Shown: positions 11,451 through 23,100 of the stretch, piece by piece | Position numbering within the stretch: position 1 is the first letter of the stretch | How the letters are laid out: each line of letters starts with the position of its first letter | DNA from: Camelus dromedarius | Lineage: Eukaryota | Assembly: GCF_036321535.1 (NCBI RefSeq) | Contig: NC_087436.1 | Coordinates: forward strand, 112,284,001 to 112,348,000 | Length of the DNA: 64,000 nucleotides | Direction: 5' to 3' | The notes under the pieces: model-generated | The model's database searches: none | Seen by the model: the letters and a program-made list of their open reading frames with translations, nothing else | Told to the model about the DNA's origin: nothing | Made by a program: the position numbers and the translations under genes

Positions 11451-13780
11451 CTCTCCCAACTCACTACATGACCCTTGCAAATTGTTCCTCTTCTTTTATG
11501 TCAAGGCTGCATTAGAATAGAGAGGTTTTCTTCGTATCTTTAAAAGCAAGACTTCCCAGCATGGAAGGAATCAAAGTGGAATCCGGAAGGGGAACAACAG
11601 GAAGAATTATCTGAGCAGAAGCCAGGAGGCCTTAGGGCAGAGCTATGAAATCAACAACGTTCAGACAACAAACGCCGTTCTGGAAAGAAGACTGAGCAGA
11701 GAGCTGGTCTGACTTGACTTCTTTACGTCCTACTCAAGGTGAGATGCTGTTTAGGAAGGTGGTTGCACTGTTTGAAGAGCTTGATCCAGTGATCTTTTTC
11801 CCCAGTTTTTAAAAATCCTAAACTATATTAAGCTAATATCTGAAAGAGTTTGTGTTTTCTTTCTTTTCCCCTGCTAGGAGCGCGGCTCCTACACTCTACC
11901 TACAAACTCAAGATTTGCCTCCAGGTTAAGACACTCTCAGCTTATGATGTGTCAATGAATTTATTAGTTGGCTACCCCAGTCTGGTTTTGGTTTTGTATC
12001 ATTTTGATATATAGAGTGAATAAAGCAACAAGGCGCAGCACGCTGGCAAGTCGGTACGTCCTCTTCCCAGAAAACCCCAAGGTCGGTGATGGGCCCAGAG
12101 TGTTGGCAAAACTAGAACTTACAAGGCTTCAATCAGATGTGGCCTTAAAACCTCCTATTAAATTTCAAGTGAGTTAGTTAAAAAGTAAACTAGAAGTCTA
12201 CTATCGCAGAGAAGGCAGTATTTTATCGGGAAGCTTCTGGTAGATGCCCAGATCACTCAGGTACAGCGAGGAAAGCCTGAAACATATACAGCCAGATTAG
12301 ATACTAACATGGCCATAAGATAATGGTGCATTTCCAAGACCAGCAGCACTCCATGGGCACCCAGGGGTTAACACAGCTGGATGTGATGGGGGAGATGGAT
12401 AAAGACAGGTTATATGAGAGTACAAGACACTGCATGACTCCTGGCAGGTAGGCTTGCTGGAAGATTTATCTGAGTAATCGTGAGCTAAGGTGTGTCATTC
12501 AAAGGCTTTGCCGACTACAGGCTACTCAACGGGAAATGTTTTTGCAAAATTAAGATAAAATATTTATGTATATTTCATATACATACTAATTTCTCTGGTA
12601 TTGTATCTTGTATAGTGGCTTCTTACCCAAAATTAACAGAAAATTCAGGCGGATTTGTCTCATTAAAGCAATAAATAGTTTCCTAGCTGCTGCTTTTCCA
12701 AACTCCGCCTCCTCTTGGTGGGTAAAACTCCCTGGAAGGGGTTTTGTAAAATTTTTCTCAGCCTACCCATAGCTTTACATGTAGATTCTTGTTTATGGGT
12801 GTTAAGATGAGAGAAGTAACAAGGGAGATAGGGAGAGAGGAGGGAGGGAGTGAAGAAAAGACGGAAGGAAGGAGAAAGGGAGGAAAAAAAGAAGCAAAGA
12901 AAGACTTATCCGATAACGTGTAACCAGAAATGTCTGCTGGTGTCTCCCAGACCCTTGAAATCTTGATAACACTGGAACGTTTATTTTTATAGCCTATAAA
13001 AGTCTCAAAATTTCTGCCCTTATTTCCAAAAATGGGGTGGTGTGGGACAATTCCATTCTTGTGAGCTTCTCTGCTTCTAAGATCTTGCTTCTGCTGAAAC
13101 AGTGTTCTGCGTCTTAATCCAGAGGTGAGATTCAAACCTGGGCTCCATTGCAACAGTGCTGACGACTGAAAGCTCACACAAGATACCTGCGTGCACATGA
13201 GTAGTATATTTTAGTGAGTGTCTGAAGGGGAGCCCGGGGGGGCTGGGGAATGTGTTTGCATCATGGAAAAACAAACAATTTTAAAGTGAACGTTAGAACA
13301 ATTTTCTTTTGTAAATATCCTTTGGCCGTCTCAGCGTCATAGAATTGTCACTGCTCTCCACGCCCCTGCCAGGCGGCCCACTGACTTCTCTCCTGCTTTT
13401 TTCCCCTCTCACCCTCCCCCTGCCCACACTTAGATTTGCACTGTTGTGTATGGCAACCCTGTCCTCTCCATCCCCGACTTCCAAAAGTGACCCCAGGCAA
13501 GGCTTACACATCCAAACCTATCATATCAGACACAATCCTTGCTTCCCTGAAGGCCAGTGCCCCACAAAATATTACACTCTTCCCAGTCTGGTGAGAGGTC
13601 TGGCCCGGCTGGCTGACATCTCATCTCAGCAAGCCAGCAAGCCGTACATAAAAGACCCACTCCAACCCAAAAAGCTGGCGGCGGCGGCAGGCTCCACCCC
13701 TTGGCTTCTCTGTTCCTAGGGCTTCCCCATCCTGCCTCGCTCCTCAGCCCCAGGGCAGCCGTCTCCTCCTTCACACTCAC

Positions 13781-13862
13781 GGACCATCTTTCGCCTTCTG
13801 TGACAGACAGACCCGTGACACCTCACAGTGCTCCTAGTCTCGGTGTCACACGTGAACACCTT
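13781..13862 (-). other. Candidate 82-nt exon (or alternative first exon ending ATG GTC C)
   Basis: ttgcttttgccgccag|AAGGTG...AAGATGGTCC|gtgagt. Confidence 0.4.
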
Positions 13863-14379
13863 CTGGCGGCAAAAGCAACGAGGCTAACTTGGAACTGTGC
13901 AGCTCTTACAGAACTTTAAAGATGATCAAGTTCACAGTCTTTTCCCATGCTTCTTTCAGTATTTTTCCCCCTTTTGTCTCCTCTCCATGTGTCTCCTACC
14001 CTACTTCACCTGTATCTGTGTCTAAAACCCTGAAGGTCAGCTCTCTGTAGCCTCCATAGCCCTTTTCTTCACTTCATTCCCTCCCTCCTCTCAAACATCT
14101 TTCTTTCTAGCTGGCTTTCCATCTCTACCACACAAAATGCCAGCAACTCAGAAGGCAGCAAGAACTCTTCCAAAAGGGGGGGGGGTGGTAGGGTGGTTGC
14201 CTGTTCCCCACTGGGGTTTCCCTTGCACCTCGCTTATCTGTCACTTGGGGTTTTGCTTGCACCCTCTTTAGCTCCCAGTCTCAGAGCCTTGGCCTCTCCT
14301 CTTAGCCCGACACCCACGCTCTATACCATTCACCACGCTGTTAAACTCGGGTTCACATCATTAGCAAAGTAACACTTAC

Positions 14380-14652
14380 CTTTCATTTTCTGAATTTAGA
14401 TAAGACTGGTTATTTTGAAATACAGTGCCCCATCTCATCGTGCAGAAGGGGATTGAGAAAGAAAGCAAGTCGCTTGTTTATCTGCTTTTCCAGTGACCCT
14501 CACATTTGGCAGAAGATGCAGACCTTCCATAGATGCTCTGAATCCTCGAGCAAAAGCTTCCTGACAACTGCAAATTGCTCTGCTGGGTGTGTCCATGGTG
14601 GGCCCAGAAATTAAGAGTAGGCTACGGAAGCTCAGCACTGGGATGAGGAAGT
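14380..14652 (-). other. Candidate first or upstream exon ending ATG AAA G
   Basis: Perfect donor AAG|gtaagt at 14380/14379. The 5' limit is uncertain (possible acceptors give starts at 14652 or 14637, or it begins at a TSS). Confidence 0.4.
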
Positions 14653-15224
14653 CTTCCCAGGGTGGTAAAGGATGAGAGAGTGAGACAAAAAAGACATCCT
14701 AGAAGAAAGCACGACCGAGCTGGTTCTTGAAGGCTGAGATTACCAGGTAAAAAAGCCTTGGGACCAGGTTACAGCACTGAAAGGTAATTTGGGGGGAGGG
14801 GAGCTGTTTGGGGACAACAGATCCCGCAGGGTGGCTCACGGTCCCATGAGGGCCACCTGGACTAGTGATTGGCTTTGGGGAGCTTAGTGTTTCCCTGGAC
14901 ATTTGTCTACTTTCCACCCTTGGGGAAGGCAGCTCAGGAGTCAGCCTTCTCTGGTCTCTCATGCCGTCTCTGGTCCCTCATGCATTCTCTGGTTCTCTCT
15001 GCCTGTTTTTAGCAAAAGTGTGCCCATTTGATGACAATATGGAGAACTTTGAGGCGCGAGTGTGTCAATGGAATGTGGTCCATCAGGTTTGATTCTGTAA
15101 ATCATATTAGAATCAGCAGTGCTGGTTTCAGAACTGGAAGAGGAATCAGCATGTATCTGGCCCTACTCCCTTGTCCTAATCTGGCTTTGAAGATGGATGG
15201 ACCTTGTCTGGAACCCTACACTCC

Positions 15225-15400
15225 CGCCTCTAGCCATGAGACCACAGTGAAGTCATCACCTCCCTGAGCCTCAGTTTCTTTATCTGTAAAATGAGAACAA
15301 TAACACAGAATCCACAGAGTACAATGAAGACTCAATTAGATAAAGGATGTCAATAGCCTAGCACAGTGCCCGGCACAAAAAACAGGCACTCAGAAAACAC
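15225..15400 (+). mobile_element. MIR
   Basis: cctccctgagcctcagtttctttatctgtaaaatgag...gcacagtgcccggcaca. Confidence 0.9.
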
Positions 15401-16879
15401 GGCGCACGTGACCATGATGCTATGGCCTTCTAAAAGGTGAAATAACCGAGTCCCCATATAAAAGTAATTCATCTGCCTTCCAGGGAGTACCCATCTAATC
15501 CATTCTTCCTAAAAAATTCTGTTTAAAGATGTGCTCTTTAAAGGAAGCGCTGATACAGTGGAAATGAGCTCTCTGTGATCAGACTCTTCATATCAGAAGC
15601 GTATCAGCTTCGCTCCTCCAGCAACCGTAAGCAATGAAGTCCTGGGCTCCAGGACTCTTCCTCCAGCTCCGGTGCTGTGGTGATGTTGAGGACGTCACAA
15701 AGCAAGCTGGAATGTTCAAGGATTTTTATTACAGTCTAAAAAGATATCCTGGTCTGCCTGCAAAACCTTTATTGTTGCTTGCAGATAAGGACAAGGGTAA
15801 AGTTAGACCCAAGTCTTCATGAAACTCCACCGAGAAATACAATCCTTTTCTCCTAGAATTTCTCATGCAGAAAAGCACAGTGAGCCCCCGAGGAGTGGGA
15901 AAGTGGGGAGGAAACCGAAGCTGTAACGGGATCTTGCCAGGACTTGAACCTGATCCTGTGTCTTTCAACATCCCTCCAGATCTACCAAGGGCTCTCTCAC
16001 GACCTTTCACCTCGAGGCTGGTCTGTATTTTGTTAAGTGAAATGCATCCATCCTCCCACAAGCCCCCTGTCCGTACGCCGCCGGGTGCTGTGTGAGCGAC
16101 GGAGTCCCTGCCTCCGCCTTCTCCCCGGGGAGACCCTCCATGAGGCAACACTAAAGAGGACAACACAGGAATCACTGTGATTTGTGTTTTATTTGGTTGT
16201 TTGCACCCTGCCTCATTTCACAAGGGATTTAAAACAAACGGCAGCAAAAATAGTAATAAATAAGAAAATAGGACTAAAATCATTTCTATAGAAATAAGAA
16301 TTGAAAGTTGAGACCAGCAAAAATGTAAATCAGAAGAATCAAGATGGGGAAAGGGAAAGGTCGTCACTGGCCATCAACACAGTCACTCCAGAAGCATCTT
16401 CAAAAGTCAGGGCATGTGGTTCCCCCTCCTTCCAGGGGGCACCCCGTTTCCTCTCCAACTCTGCCTGCTGCTTTCTCTTGCCTTTGGGAGGTGGCCACAG
16501 ACACTGGTGTGCACAGGGGCCCTGGAGCTTCTGCCCTCCTGTAACATACTGTGTGGCTTGAGGTAGGTCGTTTGCCCTCTCTGGGCTTCAGCCGCCTCAT
16601 CTGTAAAATGAGAGAGAAGATTAAGAATCAAAGAGGCCAAGACATTTGCTCACAAGTTAGTAACCCTTTTCCCTTCCTGACATGGGAGAAAAAAAGATGA
16701 AAGGATCTCCATCCTCCTCCTCCACCCCTCGCAGGAGGCCAGGGCAGCAGGTGCCTGTGTATGAAGCACTGGGCTTCCCGGGAAAGGCAGGGCAGGAACA
16801 AGGGTGGGCTGGCCGAGTTAACAGCCCACTTGTGCTTGAGGCCTGGCTTTTGGTTCTAAGAAGAAGGGAAAGGAGCAGC

Positions 16880-17178
16880 ACCGTCCACTAGGAATAATGT
16901 GGGCCATGTAGGAATTTTAACTTTTCTCATAAACATTTTAAAGAGTAAAAAGAAACTGGTAAAATTGTTTACTTAGCCCCATATATCTAAAATATTATTT
17001 CATCATGGGACCAACATTAAAATTATTATTGGTATAGTTTACAGTTCTTTGATACCAAGCCTTCAAAATATGGTGTCTGTCTTACACTTAGAGATTGCAC
17101 GTCGCAGTTTGGACTGCCTGCATCTCAGGGGCCCAGTAGAGCAGCCACGTGGGGCTGGTGGCCACCATTCTGGGCCAA
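16880..17178. mobile_element. MER33-like hAT MITE
   Basis: aagagtaaaaagaaactggt...atatatctaaaatattatttca...agccacgtggggctggtggccacc. Confidence 0.8.
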
Positions 17179-18100
17179 GGCTTTTGTGCTCTGAGGGGAA
17201 AGGGAGGAGCGGCGTCTCATTACTGGGGACCTGGAGTGCCCAGGACAGGGGAGGACACGGGGTGTGAGGATGCACCAGGGGTGGAGGCTGGGGTCCACGC
17301 TCAGACATGACTCCAGAACCAGCAGGATTGGGGGCGTGAGGTGGCTCATACGGGGAGTCCAGACACCATGCACAGTGACTCCAGGGGACCAAAGGAGGGT
17401 CCCCAAAGCATGGCGTTGTCCGAGTTGAGGCGTACTGGAGGTCCACCGGGAACAGATGCCCCAAACGACATGGAAGGAGCAGCTTCCTACCCAAGCCCTG
17501 CCTCATGAAGCAGAAGGAGCGTGAGCAGACGGGCTGGTGCCTTAAAGCCCTCCCGCCCCGCAGCGCTCCAGTGCGCAAGACACCCAGCACGAGCCCCGTC
17601 CAGCGGCTCTTACATGGCTTCTCACGGGCCTTGGTGTGCAGCGACTCTGAGCCAGAGCTGATTCAGTTTGCACAAATTGAGAAGTGTGACATTTTGTCCG
17701 CTTCAAAAATTATAGAGTAACGGATACTTGTTGCATGGGTCCTAAAACCCCATCTCATAGCTTGGTTTTATTTTTTTTTTTTCTTTTCATCCACAAAACA
17801 GAAAGCTTGATATTGAAACAGATCCAGGAATTATATTCACAGAGGCTCACTTGCCACTGACACGGACATCTATCTAGTCCTGCCCTGCCTCCCGGCCTCC
17901 ACAGGAAATCTTCACTTTGCCCAGATACTAAAAGCATCACGACACTTCCCACTCAGATGTCTTCCCTCCACTGGCTCCACATTCTTCCTGCTGCTTTTAT
18001 CCCATACAAGATGAGAGCAGAACCAGCCCCAGAGCAAGTGGTCCTCAAAGACAGAAAAACAGCTGATACAGGAAGAACATCGAATGCGAGAAGATGGCTG

Positions 18101-18682
18101 TGTCCCGGGTCTCAGTTAAGTTCCTGGGACACACCACACCAAGTGAGGGTCACTGGCTTCGCACAGGAAAGAATTCAAGGGTGAGCCACAGTTGAGCAAA
18201 GGTAGGTTTATACAGAGAGGTGCACACTCCATAGACAGTGGGCCATCTCAAAAGGCAAGAGAAGAACCAGCCTAGGATGTACACGTTCCATAGACAGAAC
18301 GTGGGCCACCTCACTCAGAGGGGAGAGCAGCGGCCTCAGAGCATGGGGCCGGCAAGGAAAATGAGATCAGCCACTGGGTGTGGCGTCGTTAGTTTTTATG
18401 GGCTTTACCTTCATGTGCTAACAAGTGGGAGAATTATTCCAACCAGTTGGGGAAGGGGCTGGGGTTCCCAGGAAGTGGGTCATCACACACATTTTGACCT
18501 TTTATGGTCAGCCTTGAAACTGTCATGGCACCTGTGGGAGCGCCATTTAGCAAGCTATTATATTACGATGAGCGTATATTGAAGTTCAAGGTCTACTGGG
18601 AGTTCAGTCTTCCACCATCTTGGTGTTAATTGCTGTGTCATTCTTTTAATGGTTACACCCTGCCCCCTTCCCTCCTGTCTCA
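18101..18682 (-). mobile_element. ERV1-type solo LTR
   Basis: Minus strand starts TGAGACAGGAGGGAAGGGGGCAGGG and ends CGGGACA. Internal duplicated motif ccatagacag(aac)gtgggcca.ctca. Confidence 0.85.
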
Positions 18683-18887
18683 CAGCCATGGTCCCTCCCC
18701 TCCACCAGCCACCTACTGTGGTGGCCACTATCTATGTAGAGAGGACACTTCAGGCAAAATCATTCCTCCGTTGTAGCCAGAGATCTGGTCCTAACGCCCC
18801 GTAAGGGGAGTCTCCACTGGGGGCTGAAGAACCTGCAGTGAACACTGAAATTCCTTGACCTTGACCCCTTTAGCTTAGGGCTTGGAT

Positions 18888-19025
18888 TAGTGGTTTTCAA
18901 ATCTGGCCTCACGGTAGAATCTCGTGGATAAACTTTATTAAAACATACTGGCCCCTATTCCCACTTCTAGACTTTCTGGTTTAATTAGACTTCAAATGAT
19001 TTTGATCAAGGCTGAAACACTGACT
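18888..19025. mobile_element. MER5-type MITE
   Basis: tagtggttttcaaa...tagaatc...ggctgaaacactg terminal pattern. Confidence 0.6.
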
Positions 19026-19944
19026 TAAAGCAAAAGTGGGGGTTCAAGTCAAGAAGTTGGTCTCCTTCCCCTTTTCCTTTTCTGCTCCTTTCTCTCAGAA
19101 GGAGAGGGGGCAGAAACCTCTCTCCAGTGGGTGGTCCCAAGTCACTGTACATCTGGGGCCAAGAGGCCTATGAAAGAGAACAGAGCTTCTCAAACTAGAC
19201 TGTTCATACGGGGCACCTGCCCCGTTGACGCGCAGCAGGCCGGGGGGGGGGGGGTGGTGACAGGAGCAAGATTCTGCACCTGCGATGGTGTCCTAGTAAC
19301 TCTGATGCCACTAGACCCACTTTGAGTAACAAGACAGTCAAGTGCGTTCCACGGACTAAAGAATTTGTAATGTCATCTCTATGGTCCAAGCTCCACTCCT
19401 TCGCATCATGACCCTGTTCTGTTGTGCCTTTGGCCTTGAGTGTGTCGGAGTGGCCCCACCCAGGGGTGGAGCTGGAGAAGGTAAGTTCTGTGGTTTTACT
19501 GAAGACCTGGGTGGGGTGGTCGTGGCCGGAGGTCACATCCACAGAACACGGCATTTGCCATCCCACTGGGTCCACCCACCAGCTTTTTCTACCATTTCTT
19601 TGTCCCACCTCCCCACAGACTCCTGAGTCACAGTGGAGGTCTTCATGGTTTTAGCCAAAACAGCCCCACCCATGTTCAGCCCCACTTTGAGAACTGCCTT
19701 TCTAACCCATGAACTTTCCTGACATCCTTCCTAAGAGATGGTCTGGTCAATGACACATCCTGTATCTTGTTGTGTATAAAGCAGAAAGATTCTTGTGGAA
19801 AGAGGAAAAGAGGGGAGAATGTGTGGCTGTGTTGAACCTCCGGTAATCCCAGTGGCTCTGAGTTGACTCTGCAGAGCCCCCTAGACGTGGGAAATGCTTA
19901 ATACAGACCCTGGATGATTCCAGGCTCTGGCCTAAACACTCCCT

Positions 19945-20232
19945 AAGGAGGCTGCATTCTAACTCCCAAGAATTCTATATACTTTGCCTTCACAGGCCCC
20001 TTCCTTCATAAAAAATAATAATAGTAATAATAATGTAAAATTATATTTTATGACTGCATCAGTATAAACATGAATATATCAATATCATGTATTAAATTCT
20101 TACTTCCACCTAAAAATTCATTTTTTCCCCTCTAGTTTTACAAGAAATAAAAATATTCTTCTGGGCCCCTAAAATTTAGCATTGTGGCTCCCGGGCAGGT
20201 GCCTATAATGTCTAATGGCCAAGTTGACCCTA
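19945..20232 (-). mobile_element. MER96B-like hAT MITE
   Basis: actttgccttc...ggccccttcc...aaattatattttatgactgc...gggcccctaaaa...gtctaatgg...gaccct. Confidence 0.75.
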
Positions 20233-20244
20233 ATTCAGACACGT

Positions 20245-21000
20245 TCATCCATTTAATACTCCCAACAACCCATTTTACAGATGAGGACACAGAGACCTGA
20301 CCTGTCACTCAGTAAGAGATGGAGCTGGATTCAAACACAGATCACCTGGCCCCACAGCCTAGTCATCAGCACTAAGCCACATCACCTCTCTCCATCAAAC
20401 ATTTGGGAACAGCTTCTCTGTCCTCACACCCTCTTCTGCAATTAACTCTCCCAGTTCTTTCAAACACAGGACGGCATAGTACAGTGGACACAGAGCAGAA
20501 ATGTGGATCATTTGTTCTATTTTTGCCTCACATCAATCATTTAATTTTCCTGAATCACTAACTCACAATGAGTACTGGTTGCTCCATCTGCCAAATTGGC
20601 ACAGTGATGCCCATCACACTGATAATACTCACAGGGTCACGACGCGGATCACAGTCAATGAGGATGCCAGTGAAGGTTCCCAGCCATTATTGCTGTTAAT
20701 AAATGGTAGTTGAATTGAATCTCATGAGAGCTGGTCTGCATGGCATGTTGACAACAATGAGTATATTCATGGAAACTGCCATTTATTAAGCACTTACTCA
20801 GCCAGGCACACCACAGTTAACAGAACCAATGTTCTCTCTTTAAATCCTCACAACTTCCGAATCAGGTGTACATATCACATGTACGCCCACGGTGTCGCGG
20901 CTCGGGAAATGGAGATCCAGAGAAGTTAAGGGAAGTCTTTTCAAGGACTCACAGTCAACAGCAGGATCAAAATTTAAACACGAGCCTGTCCCCTCAGATC
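20245..21000. mobile_element. Cluster of three MIR fragments (-, +, -)
   Basis: MIR cores at about 20245-20390, 20470-20690 and 20780-21000. Confidence 0.7.
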
Positions 21001-21224
21001 TCATCAGGAAATCCTACATTGTCTTAGGGCACTATTTTTATTTCAGAAACATCAGAATACTGCTAATATCTAACTTCCATGTAGGGCCTGCCAGACACAG
21101 CCCTATGTTCTTCCCATGAAATGACCTCACACCAGCCCGTGAGCAAAGTCCTGTTATCATCTCCAGACCAGAGAGGAAAGTGAAGCTCGGACACTGAAGG
21201 GACTCACTGTCTTCAGTCAGGCTC

Positions 21225-21500
21225 CCCAGCAAGAGACGTTGCCAGAGAGGATTCAGTGCGAGTGATTGGGGAAGGGGGCCTTTCAGAGAGCTGGGACAGG
21301 GCAGGGAAATAGGACGGGCAGGAGAGGAAGACGAACAAAAGTTAAGAAATCCAGCGAAGTCTGGGGAGCAGCATCTGCCTGAACTTGCACGTACACCCTG
21401 GAGTGCAAGCGATCTCAGACTTGTGCCAGCCCAAGACAAGAGAGCCGGACCTGTGCACGCCTGTGTCCCTCAGTCATTGGCTCAGGGCCATCACAGGGCA
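21225..21500 (-). mobile_element. Ancient ERV-L LTR fragment (LTR16-like)
   Basis: agagaggattcagtgcgagtgattgggga...ccctcagtcattggctcagggcc. Confidence 0.5.
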
Positions 21501-22465
21501 CCTCCTGTGAAGGGACTCAAGGGGCTGAGGACAGAGCACCCCCACGACCCCTACCTGTGGCCGAGACACTGTCTCTGAATGTGGAGCTGGGACCCAGCCA
21601 GCCTAGCTCTGGCATCCATCATCTTAACCACTATTAAATTTCCCTTTAAAGAATAAAGGGAGATTAAAAAAAAGAAGTAACACCGAGAACTATGTCCCCT
21701 GGGCTGTCCTGCCTCAGTACCCCACTACTCGCACTTGATTGGCCTGCTATTCTGAGCTCAATAAAGTTGAAAAAATAAATCAAATTAATTGAATCCACAA
21801 AACTAAAGAGCTATGAAGGGAAAAAAAGACTCCTAATTTATTTATGCAGATTATATGTTTCCACATCTGCTAGCACGGAGCCCGCCGACATAAGTGTGCA
21901 TTCAAATAGGCCCCCGTTTCAGAGTTGTTACAATGCCTGCAACTTACAAGATGAGCGTAATGATCCTATTTTTACAAACTCTAATATGATCTCAATTGAT
22001 GTCAGTAAGTTTTGATTGAATTTACTGCTGATTAGAGTTGATCGTCTCTTTGAACAACAAGAAATTATGTCTCATTCAGTTCGTTAGCGAGACTAGTGTT
22101 CAGCTTACGAGCCGGAGCACCCGTGGTAATTATCAAGGATAATTGATTTCTAATGTAGACATATTAATTACGTAGCTATAGGAGAATTAAAATATTTTAC
22201 CCTGCCAATTATTATTATGAGAAATAAACAAGCAGTAGACCATGGACGAGAAAGTTTAGTTCACTCTGCCAATTGAGCTCCCGCTTCCCAGGGAAACCAT
22301 GCATCCCACTGGGGTGGGTATGGCACAGACATGCACAGCGCGAGGCCCCAGTGGCCTGGCTTGGAAAAGCGAACCCCAGAGGAATCCGAAGGTGACCCTC
22401 TACAGGGTAAGGAGAGGAAGAAGATGCCACATAGAAATAGCATGCGCGAACTCGTTGCATCATGA

Positions 22466-23100
22466 ATTCATTCAACAAGCATTTACTGAGCATCTCCTAT
22501 GTGTTGGACACTGGGGTTAAAGTATTGACACATGGCTGCTCTCATGAGCCTACAGCTTAAAGGGAAAGTTAGGCATTACCCATGAAAACACCTAAAAACC
22601 TACATAAATCTGAGTGCTATGAAAGAAAAGACAAGCTGCTATGAGAGGGACTGAGAGGGACCAAGTTTAGACTGGAGGTGGGGATCGTGGATGAAATCTT
22701 GAAAGAGGTGGTATGTACTTTGACACCTGATGAGTTACAGAGGTAAAGAGGGGCGAAGTATGAATGATCGTGGAAGAGTTAGGTGCATTGGAGAAAAGAT
22801 GGACTGAAATGAAAGAAGGTGTCCCAAGGTGATGCTGTGAGGTGGTCAGGGCAAGGCCATGCAGATCGGGGCCATCCAACGGAACTTTCTGGGATGACGG
22901 CAATCTTCTATATCTGCGCAGTCCAATACAGATGTGGCAAGTCAGCATCTAAATGAGGCCAGTGCCACTGAGGAACCCAGCTTATAATTTTAATTCTAAT
23001 TGAATTAAATAGCGACATGTGGCTAGAGGTCACCATACAGGCTCTGATAAAGACTGCAAATTTTATTCAAAGAGTTGGGAAAAACACTGAAGACTTTGGG
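22466..23100 (-). mobile_element. L2a 3' end interrupted by MER3
   Basis: ttcattcaacaagcatttactgagcatctcctatgtg and downstream L2 text. Confidence 0.85.
22868..23045. mobile_element. MER3
   Basis: ccaacggaactttctgggatgacggcaatcttctatatctgcgc...aaatagcgacatgtggctag. Confidence 0.85.

Larger units (their letters stand above)
12600..14700. promoter_or_regulatory. Repeat-poor promoter-like region
   Basis: About 2 kb without recognisable interspersed repeats. Local CpG retention (GGCGGCGGCGG near 13677), CCACCCC, E-box CACGTG 13849-13854, T-box-like half sites, G run near 14176-14185, and two strong minus-strand donors. Confidence 0.45.

Noticed and set aside
17063..17590. 175-aa minus-strand ORF, the longest in the track
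   Set aside because: GC-rich sequence with few stops, runs into MER33, and resembles no known protein.
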